From assembly GCA_964514635.1 (NCBI GenBank), contig CAZEQX010000002.1, positions 1 through 40,467 on the forward strand: DNA of 40,467 nucleotides, written 5' to 3'. This DNA comes from an uncultured Thiothrix sp. GTDB lineage: Bacteria > Pseudomonadota > Gammaproteobacteria > Thiotrichales > Thiotrichaceae. The notes under the pieces were generated by a model. It was not told where the DNA came from. It worked only from the letters and a program-made list of their open reading frames with translations, and made no database searches. Below, piece by piece: positions 8,451 through 15,549 of the stretch (position 1 is the first letter of the stretch; the number at the start of each line of letters is the position of its first letter). Position numbers and translations under genes: made by a program.

Positions 8451-8729
8451 TTACTTTTGGTATTGTTGCAGAGCAGCTTTAGAAGCTGGATCCATTGCGA
8501 CTGGACCTTTGTAGTTGCCTTTCGCTTTAACTTTAGGCACAACTGGACCTGGAGCTGGACGTACTGGAGCAACAGGGTGTGCTGGAGCAACCGGAGTAGC
8601 TGGAGCAGCAGGAGTTTCTGGAGCAGCAGTTTGTTGTTGACCACCAGCAGCTTGCTGTTGGCTACAACCAGTTGCCAACAAACCAGCGAACAACAGACCA
8701 GCGATAGTTAATTGAGATTTCATTTTCAT
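8451..8729 (-). CDS. Small lipoprotein, paralog A (92 aa), Pro/Ala-rich
   Basis: GAGAG RBS; MKMKSQLTIAGLLFAGLLATG|CSQQQ; C-terminus PVVPKVKAKGNYKGPVAMDPASKAALQQYQK. Confidence 0.88.
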   Translation of the reverse strand: MKMKSQLTIAGLLFAGLLATGCSQQQAAGGQQQTAAPETPAAPATPVAPAHPVAPVRPAPGPVVPKVKAKGNYKGPVAMDPASKAALQQYQK

Positions 8730-8854
8730 AGTTCAAACTCTCTCACGATATAAGGAAAGGGAAACTTTATCAGCACAAATTATGCACTAACATCCAAGAG
8801 ATTGAATGCATCGACCCCGTTCGTCAGCCTCACGGAAATCTCTGGACGATGCGC

Positions 8855-8883
8855 ATCATACAACTAGATAAAAGAACAGGCAA
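8855..8883 (-). promoter_or_regulatory. Putative sigma70 promoter of lipoprotein paralog A
   Basis: Minus strand TTGCCT-17 nt-TATGAT; the predicted start near 8848 coincides with the 5' end of a leader stem-loop. Confidence 0.6.
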
Positions 8884-8942
8884 ACCCCTATTATCACAAA
8901 TAATCAAAGATGCGCAATTAAATACCTAAAAACTCAATTAAA

Positions 8943-10328
8943 TTACCCCGGAAAACCGCCGACGGGAGGGAATCCACCCCCTGGTGGCATCTTATTACTC
9001 ATCTTGCCCATCAATTTGCGCAAAGCTCCGCCTTTTGAAAACTGCTTCATGACGCGGCTCATTTGTTGATGCTGCTTAAGAAGACGATTCACATCTTGCA
9101 CTTGCAAACCACACCCTGCGGCGATTCTGCGCTTGCGTGATGCTTTGATAACCTCAGGATTACGCCGTTCTTCCAAAGTCATGGAATTAATAATCGCAAT
9201 CATGCGCCGGACTTCTTTATCGTTGGCTTGATCCTTTAGGTGTGCTGGCACATTACCCATGCCAGGTAATTTATCCATCAACGCACTCATGCCGCCCATT
9301 TTCAGCATTTGCTGCATTTGGTCGCGTAAATCTTCAAAATCAAACCCCTTACCTTTGTTTAGTTTTTTCGCAAGAGCTTGCGCTTTTTTGTGGTCAACTT
9401 GGCGTTGTGCTTCTTCAATCAAGCTCAAAACATCGCCCATACCCAAAATACGCGATGCCATACGGTCTGGGTGGAAGGGTTCTAGCGCATCTAATTTTTC
9501 ACCGACCCCGATGAACTTAATCGGTTTGCCCGTGATTTGACGCACCGACAATGCCGCACCACCACGCGCATCACCATCCGCTTTGGTTAAGACAACCCCT
9601 GTCAGTGGTAACGCATCGCCAAACGCTTTTGCGGTATTCGCTGCGTCTTGACCTGTCATGCTATCCACGACAAACAGCGTTTCAATCGGGTTAAGCGCGG
9701 CATGAACGACTTGAATTTCCTGCATCATTTGCGCATCGATGTGTAACCGTCCAGCGGTATCGACAATCAACACATCCATGTATTTGCGTTTAGCTTCTGC
9801 TACCGCAGCATTGGCAATATCGACAGGCTTTTGTGTGGCTTCACTGGGGAAAAAAACCGCCCCCGTTTGCCCTGCGATGGTTTCGAGCTGTTTAATCGCC
9901 GCCGGACGGTATACGTCACAACTGACAACCATGACAGACTTATTTTGGCGTTCTTTTAAAAAGCGCGTCAGCTTACCAACAGTGGTGGTTTTGCCCGCAC
10001 CTTGCAACCCCGCCATTAAGATAACCGCAGGTGGTTGCGCATTGAGCGACAAGGTTTCATTAGCCTTACCCATGATCGCAACCAACTCATCATTCACCAC
10101 TTTGATGAATGCCTGTCCTGGCGTTAGGCTTTCCAGTACCTCCTGCCCAATTGCCCGCTCACGCACCCGACTCGTGAACTCACGAACCACAGGCAAAGCC
10201 ACGTCAGCTTCCAACAGTGCCATCCGCACGTCGCGCAACGCATCTTTAATGTTTTCATCGGTCAAACGGGCTTGACCGCGTAATTTTTTTACCGTCTGCG
10301 ACAGACGTTCACTTAAATTCTCGAACAT
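8943..10328 (-). CDS. ffh: Signal recognition particle protein Ffh
   Basis: MFENLSERL start (ATG 10328), GLQGAGKTT, DVYRPAA, DTAGR, TKADGDARGG and a Met-rich M domain. Confidence 0.98.
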   Translation of the reverse strand: MFENLSERLSQTVKKLRGQARLTDENIKDALRDVRMALLEADVALPVVREFTSRVRERAIGQEVLESLTPGQAFIKVVNDELVAIMGKANETLSLNAQPPAVILMAGLQGAGKTTTVGKLTRFLKERQNKSVMVVSCDVYRPAAIKQLETIAGQTGAVFFPSEATQKPVDIANAAVAEAKRKYMDVLIVDTAGRLHIDAQMMQEIQVVHAALNPIETLFVVDSMTGQDAANTAKAFGDALPLTGVVLTKADGDARGGAALSVRQITGKPIKFIGVGEKLDALEPFHPDRMASRILGMGDVLSLIEEAQRQVDHKKAQALAKKLNKGKGFDFEDLRDQMQQMLKMGGMSALMDKLPGMGNVPAHLKDQANDKEVRRMIAIINSMTLEERRNPEVIKASRKRRIAAGCGLQVQDVNRLLKQHQQMSRVMKQFSKGGALRKLMGKMSNKMPPGGGFPPVGGFPG

Positions 10329-10367
10329 GTTTGACTTCTTTCTAGTCCCATTGCGGCACAAGTTGCT

Positions 10368-10376
10368 ATCATAGCA
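10368..10376 (-). promoter_or_regulatory. Putative extended -10 promoter of ffh
   Basis: Minus strand TG-c-TATGAT 40 nt upstream of the ffh ATG. Confidence 0.4.
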
Positions 10377-10449
10377 TTAAAAGTGAAAACGAATGCGTTT
10401 CCACCATTGGGGTACGCAACTTTTAACGACGTATAGAATCCGTTTGAAA

Positions 10450-11259
10450 ATGACAATAATGCTGAATCTGTTGGCGACAACAGCATGGCTAACAACGTGG
10501 TGGTTGATCAGCTCTCGCTTACGCGAGCGATTGCGCGGTAACATTCCACAACATCGTCAACTACTCATTGGTGTGTGGTTAGGGTCGTTGTTGTTACACG
10601 GCGGTGCGGTGCTGGCTGCTGTTTTGCAGCCGTCCGGTGTTATGATTAACTTTGCCACCGCCAGCTCCATCGTGATGTGGTTATGCAATGGCTTGCTATT
10701 TGCCACCATGCTGCATCGCCCTTTGGAAACTTTAGGGATTGTGGTCGTGCCGTTCACGCTTTCAGCCATGCTCATGCCGTTATTGGAATCCCATCACAGC
10801 GCCTCATTGAGTTTGAATACGGGTTTGGGGATTCACATTTTCACTTCTTTATTAGCGTATAGCATGTTGACGCTGGCAGCGTTACAAGCGTTATTGTTAG
10901 CGTTACAGAACAAACATTTGCACAATCATCACCCCGGCGGTTTGATTAAAACCCTCCCACCATTGCAGGACATGGAATCCTTACTGTTCAAACTCATCGT
11001 GTTAGGGGTGGTTTTGCTGTCGGGTGGATTACTCAGCGGTGCGTTGTACGTTGATAACCTGTTTAGCCAACACTTGGTGCACAAGACAGTGTTGTCCATT
11101 ATTGCGTGGTGCGTGTTCAGTGCTTTGTTATGGGGACATTGGCAATATGGCTGGCGCGGACGCATCGCTATCCGCTGGACATTGAGCGGTTTCTTTTTGC
11201 TCATGTTAGCGTTTTTCGGCAGTAAGTTTGTTTTGGAGTTTTTGGTAAATCCTGCGTGA
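10450..11259 (+). CDS. ypjD: YpjD-like cytochrome c assembly (CcsA family) inner membrane protein
   Basis: Multiple TM helices, HIFTSLLAYS, LPPLQDMESLLF, HKTVLSIIAW, GWRGR, LAFFGSKFVLE; divergent from ffh as in many gammaproteobacteria. Start uncertain (10393, 10450 or 10459). Confidence 0.88.
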   Translation: MTIMLNLLATTAWLTTWWLISSRLRERLRGNIPQHRQLLIGVWLGSLLLHGGAVLAAVLQPSGVMINFATASSIVMWLCNGLLFATMLHRPLETLGIVVVPFTLSAMLMPLLESHHSASLSLNTGLGIHIFTSLLAYSMLTLAALQALLLALQNKHLHNHHPGGLIKTLPPLQDMESLLFKLIVLGVVLLSGGLLSGALYVDNLFSQHLVHKTVLSIIAWCVFSALLWGHWQYGWRGRIAIRWTLSGFFLLMLAFFGSKFVLEFLVNPA

Positions 11260-12173
11260 ATATTACCCTAACACCGTTTGGCTTTATGCTAGTCAATGTG
11301 CTGATTTCCATGCTATTGGCGGCGGTGTTTTGCATCCTTTACAGCCGTACCAAATGGCCTGCACCATCAGCAGCGACACATGACAAGCTGACCCCCGAAA
11401 CCTTACGCGCTATTGTGGATGCCGCGCGAACGCAGTTACCCCCTAATCACGCTGACATGTTGTTAAGCGTCTTGGATTTGGCCTCCACCACGGTCGCGGA
11501 CATTATGATTCCGCGCAAACAGGTGACAGGGGTTAATCTTGATGATGACTGGAACGACCTCGAAACACAAATCGTCAACAGCAAATTCACGCGTTTGCTC
11601 GTTTATCGCGGCAGCTTGGATAACGTGATTGGCATTGTTCACCTGCGCAAATTATTGCCATTATTCCGCGAAGGGCATTTGAATCGGGAAGGTTTTGAAA
11701 CACGCATTCGTCCAGCCTATTTCACTCCTGAGACCACCACCCTCACCCAGCAATTACTGAATTTTCAGGAAGAAAATCGCAGAATTGCCTTGGTTGTGGA
11801 TGAATACGGGGAAATCTTAGGTTTGGTAACACTGGAAGACATTCTCGAAGAAATCGTTGGTGAGTTTTCCACATCGCCGAGTGACCAAAGCTATGAAATC
11901 AAAGTATTAGGCAATGGTGGTTATTGGGTAGATGGGCGAACACCTATCCGTGAAATCAACCGTCACCTCGATAGCCATTTTTCGGCACAATCTGCCAACA
12001 CCATGAATGGTTTAATCTTAGAATACTTAGAATCATTACCCGTTCCTGGGATGACGTTATTAATTGACGATTATCCCCTAGAAATTTGTAAAACACGCAA
12101 TAATGCGGTAAAAACACTAATCATCCACCCGCGTATTCAACGCCTACGTCCTGAAGTGCATGAGCAAGACTAA
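11256..12173 (+). CDS. HlyC/CorC (CorB/YfjD-like) CBS-pair protein lacking most of the DUF21 membrane domain
   Basis: TVADIMIPR, TRLLVY, VVDEYGEILGLVTLEDILEEIVGEF and a C-terminal CorC_HlyC domain; only one N-terminal TM helix; GTGA overlap with ypjD. Confidence 0.85.
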   Translation: MNITLTPFGFMLVNVLISMLLAAVFCILYSRTKWPAPSAATHDKLTPETLRAIVDAARTQLPPNHADMLLSVLDLASTTVADIMIPRKQVTGVNLDDDWNDLETQIVNSKFTRLLVYRGSLDNVIGIVHLRKLLPLFREGHLNREGFETRIRPAYFTPETTTLTQQLLNFQEENRRIALVVDEYGEILGLVTLEDILEEIVGEFSTSPSDQSYEIKVLGNGGYWVDGRTPIREINRHLDSHFSAQSANTMNGLILEYLESLPVPGMTLLIDDYPLEICKTRNNAVKTLIIHPRIQRLRPEVHEQD

Positions 12174-13521
12174 AATTCAATATTATTGTACCGCCTGCGG
12201 TAGCCTACACAGCAAATGGAGTGGGCAATGCGGTGACTGTGGTGCTTGGAATACGTTAGAAGAAAGCATTAGCGTTCCAACCAGCAAAACCGCCACCACG
12301 CGCAGCGGGGGTTACGCAGGCGAACAAGTAGCGATTCGCTCGCTACATGAAGTCAGTTTGGCGGAAGACCCACGCATTCCCACCCGCCAATCGGAACTGG
12401 ATCGTGTCCTTGGTGGCGGTTTGGTTGCAGGTTCAGTGGTGCTAATTGGTGGTGATCCAGGTATTGGCAAATCCACCATTTTGCTACAAACCCTAACGGA
12501 ACTAGATAGCCTTAAAAGCCTCTACGTCACAGGTGAGGAATCCTTGCAACAAGTTGGCCTACGCGCTAAACGCTTGGGTTTACCCACCCAGCATTTGCGT
12601 TTACTGACAGAAACGTGCGTGGAAAACATCATCGCGCTGGCTGCTCAGGAACAACCCCAGTTGATGGTGATCGACTCGATTCAAACGATTTTCACTGACC
12701 AATTACAATCCGCGCCTGGCTCGGTCAGCCAGATTCGGGAATCAGCCGCCAAACTGGTACGCTTTGCCAAACAAACCCAAACCGCCTTATTTATCGTCGG
12801 GCATGTCACCAAAGAAGGCACACTCGCAGGACCACGCGTTCTGGAACACATGGTTGACACCGTTTTGTATTTTGAAGGCGACCCAGGCGGGCGTTATCGC
12901 ATCCTACGCGCTGTCAAAAATCGCTTTGGCGCAGTGAACGAGCTGGGCGTGTTTGCCATGACCGAACAAGGTCTGAAAGGGGTTAGTAACCCTTCAGCGA
13001 TTTTTCTTTCACGCCATGAGGAGGCGGTTTCGGGTAGCATCGTGATGGTCACGCGCGAAGGCACGCGCCCACTGATGGTAGAAGTACAAGCATTGGTCGA
13101 CACCAGCCACGGTTCTGCGCCGCGCCGCGTTACCTTGGGTCTGGAACAAAACCGTCTCGCCATGCTACTGGCTGTCTTGCATCGACACGGTGGAATTTCG
13201 ATGTTTGACCAAGACGTATTCATAAATGTGGTGGGTGGTGTTAAGATTTCAGAAACCGCTGCTGATTTACCATTGCTACTCGCAGCACTCTCTAGTTTTC
13301 GCAATCATCCTTTACCTGCCGACTTAGTGGTTTTTGGGGAGGTTGGTCTAGCCGGAGAAATCCGCCCAGTACCAAACGGTGAGGAACGGTTGCGTGAGGC
13401 TGCGAAACATGGTTTCAAGCAGGCTATTGTTCCAAAAGGCAACAAACCGCGTCACCCCATTGAGGGTATGAAAGTGGTTGCGGTGGCACGGTTGGAGAAG
13501 GCGATTGAAATGATGATGTAA
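12160..13521 (+). CDS. radA: DNA repair protein RadA/Sms
   Basis: CxxC...CxxC zinc finger, GDPGIGKST Walker A, KNRFG motif, Lon-like C-terminus with GEVGLAGEIR. Confidence 0.98.
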   Translation: MSKTKIQYYCTACGSLHSKWSGQCGDCGAWNTLEESISVPTSKTATTRSGGYAGEQVAIRSLHEVSLAEDPRIPTRQSELDRVLGGGLVAGSVVLIGGDPGIGKSTILLQTLTELDSLKSLYVTGEESLQQVGLRAKRLGLPTQHLRLLTETCVENIIALAAQEQPQLMVIDSIQTIFTDQLQSAPGSVSQIRESAAKLVRFAKQTQTALFIVGHVTKEGTLAGPRVLEHMVDTVLYFEGDPGGRYRILRAVKNRFGAVNELGVFAMTEQGLKGVSNPSAIFLSRHEEAVSGSIVMVTREGTRPLMVEVQALVDTSHGSAPRRVTLGLEQNRLAMLLAVLHRHGGISMFDQDVFINVVGGVKISETAADLPLLLAALSSFRNHPLPADLVVFGEVGLAGEIRPVPNGEERLREAAKHGFKQAIVPKGNKPRHPIEGMKVVAVARLEKAIEMMM

Positions 13522-13716
13522 AATCGCCACAGTTGACGTATAATTGTTGACTCCGTACAACGGATATAATAATTTTATCGACTAGTTCGAGACGCAATTT
13601 ACGTTACAAATACGGTTTCCGGGCGGCGTCGAGGGTTCGTTATTGCTGGCATCCCCTCTCCAGTTCGACATTTTTTTTAATGACTCTCACCCACTATACG
13701 ACGGGGAGTATGTGTC

Positions 13717-15339
13717 TTGTCTTTCTCAGAATTAGGCTTAAATCCAGAATTCGCGGCGAAAATTCAGGCCGCAGGGTATGAAAATCCAACCGAGCTGCAA
13801 AAGCAGTTGATCCCTTTAATGACGCAAAGCAAAAGCGTTATTGTTTGGACACAATCAGCGTCGGGTAAAACAGGTGCGTTTCTGATACCTGCGATTAACT
13901 ATATCCTGAGTAATCCGCTTGAAGAACACCGCCATGCGCGTATCTTAATCCTGACTTCACGTCGTGATCGTGTTAATCAGATTAACTATACGATTAAACG
14001 TTTACTCGGCGATGACCAACAGATTCGCTCTGGCTTTATTGTCAGTGGTCGACCGTATCAGCCACAAATGCGCTTGTTACGCCGTCCGCTGGATTTAATG
14101 ATTGCCACACCAGGGCGTTTAAACGATTTAGTCGATAATAACAAAGCTGACTTTTCCAAATTGGAAATGCTGGTGATTGACGATCTCAGCGCGATTTACC
14201 ACAAAGGCCTGCACGGTCTTGTGAATAAAATTCTCGCAGAACGTTCTACCGCCTGCCCTATCGTCGCATTCGTGCGCCAAGAAGACGAAATTTCAGCTTA
14301 TGCGCGTGCCGTTTTTGCAGGTGCGGAAGAACTCGAAATCGAAGATGATCGCAATCCATTACTGCAATTGCCACAAGTCGTACACTTAGCGGACGACTAC
14401 ACGCATAAAATTGCCTTGATGGATCACCTCTTAGACGAGTTTTCCGGCGAACCGACCTGTATTTTCACCATCAGCAGCAAAACCGCCAAAGCGTTGGCAG
14501 AAAGCCTAGCGAATCATGGGCATATTGCTGAACTTGCTAGTGAATTAGACGAGTCCGAACGCAATTACGACACCTGTTCCATTCTAATCTACGCAGACCA
14601 AGACGGTATCAAACCGCACTTTGGTGGCGAAGAGCACATTATTAACTTTGAGTTACCCGCCAAAGTTGAAGATTACGAAACGCGCCTGCAAAACGTTCCA
14701 ACCGATAACCGCGAAGAAGCGGTCATCGCTGTCGTTTTGCCACGCGAACGCGAAAACTTGAAGAAAATCGAAGACTTCCTAGGCGATTCCATCGAGCAAT
14801 GCACGCTCCCTGGTCTAGCCCCGTTGCACCATACTTCTGGATTCACGCCAGCAGTTCGTTCCCCGCGCACGAATCACGGCGGCAACAACAATACGCGCAA
14901 AGGTGGCGGTCACAAAGACCGCGAACGTGGTGAACGCAACGACCGCCACGGCAGCCGTAATAATGCCGGACAAGGTAACAACGCCGCACGCCCTCCACGC
15001 CATCAGCAGCAAAACGGGGGAAGCAACCATTACGCACCGCGTGACCGCGACAATAATACTTGGCAAGATGACAAAAATGCCGATGCTCGCCAGCGCAAAG
15101 GTCCTTATGGACGCTTAAACGGCGGTGCACAGCGCAAACGTGAGTATGGCAATGGCGGCACGGGCGGCGGCTACACGCCATCCAACCCCAATATGCGCAG
15201 AGACACGGGCGGTTCTTATGAAATTGGTAGTTGGGAAAAGAAACAAGACTACCCTTCAGCACCGCCTGCGGACAAAGCACAAGGTGACAAAAAGGTCGTG
15301 ATCCGGTACAAAGAAAAGCGTCGTATTCTAACCAAATAG
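13717..15339 (+). CDS. DEAD-box RNA helicase-like protein with degenerate catalytic motifs and a long disordered C-terminal tail
   Basis: F..LGL, Q motif GYENPTELQ, SGKT, TPGRL and INFELP are recognisable. DEAD is replaced by DDLS; SAT and HRIGR are lost. TTG start with a GGGGAG RBS. Confidence 0.85.
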   Translation: MSFSELGLNPEFAAKIQAAGYENPTELQKQLIPLMTQSKSVIVWTQSASGKTGAFLIPAINYILSNPLEEHRHARILILTSRRDRVNQINYTIKRLLGDDQQIRSGFIVSGRPYQPQMRLLRRPLDLMIATPGRLNDLVDNNKADFSKLEMLVIDDLSAIYHKGLHGLVNKILAERSTACPIVAFVRQEDEISAYARAVFAGAEELEIEDDRNPLLQLPQVVHLADDYTHKIALMDHLLDEFSGEPTCIFTISSKTAKALAESLANHGHIAELASELDESERNYDTCSILIYADQDGIKPHFGGEEHIINFELPAKVEDYETRLQNVPTDNREEAVIAVVLPRERENLKKIEDFLGDSIEQCTLPGLAPLHHTSGFTPAVRSPRTNHGGNNNTRKGGGHKDRERGERNDRHGSRNNAGQGNNAARPPRHQQQNGGSNHYAPRDRDNNTWQDDKNADARQRKGPYGRLNGGAQRKREYGNGGTGGGYTPSNPNMRRDTGGSYEIGSWEKKQDYPSAPPADKAQGDKKVVIRYKEKRRILTK

Positions 15340-15345
15340 TAACGC

Positions 15346-15549
15346 ATGACACCTGACACGGAAATCATACATCAAAAACTTGCCCTGCTTATTCAAGAAC
15401 ATCGTGACTTGGATAAGCAGATTGAGGCTTTGCGACTGCACGCGCGTTGTGACGAATTTATGGTGACACGCTTGAAAAAGCGCAAGTTGCTTTTGAAAGA
15501 CATGATTACGCGCCTGCGTAGCCAACTGATCCCAGACTTAAATGCCTAA
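15346..15549 (+). CDS. DUF465 (YdcH-like) small coiled-coil protein
   Basis: EHRDLD..I...RLKKRKLLLKD.I..L...LIPDLNA pattern. Confidence 0.85.
   Translation: MTPDTEIIHQKLALLIQEHRDLDKQIEALRLHARCDEFMVTRLKKRKLLLKDMITRLRSQLIPDLNA

Noticed and set aside
8545-8630. Recurrent CTGGAGC(A)/CTGGAC short repeats as a CRISPR or VNTR
   Set aside because: They are Ala-Pro codon repeats (GCT CCA) inside a CDS; no constant repeat-spacer structure.
8358-8711. ORFs 8358..8711 (+), 8420..8644 (-), 7363..7650 (+) and 8050..8274 (+) with repetitive translations
   Set aside because: Alternative-frame artefacts of the Pro/Ala/Gln-rich lipoprotein genes.
7252-8729. Small ORFs as RiPP/bacteriocin precursors or sulfur-globule proteins
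   Set aside because: They have lipoboxes, no recognisable RiPP maturase or transporter is nearby, and they lack the Gly/Tyr-rich composition of known Sgp proteins.
8872-8920. GGCAAACC on the plus strand as a c-di-GMP-I riboswitch
   Set aside because: The rest of the aptamer (GNRA stem and second conserved hairpin) is missing, it is antisense to the local genes, and it coincides with the -35 of the minus-strand promoter.
4632-8942. The ffh-rpsP insert as a mobile element or genomic island
   Set aside because: No integrase, transposase, tRNA or flanking direct repeats were seen, and composition looks native by eye.
13717-15339. Helicase-like gene as a pseudogene
   Set aside because: No stops or frameshifts over 540 codons, an RBS is present and structural residues are retained; treated as a pseudoenzyme instead.
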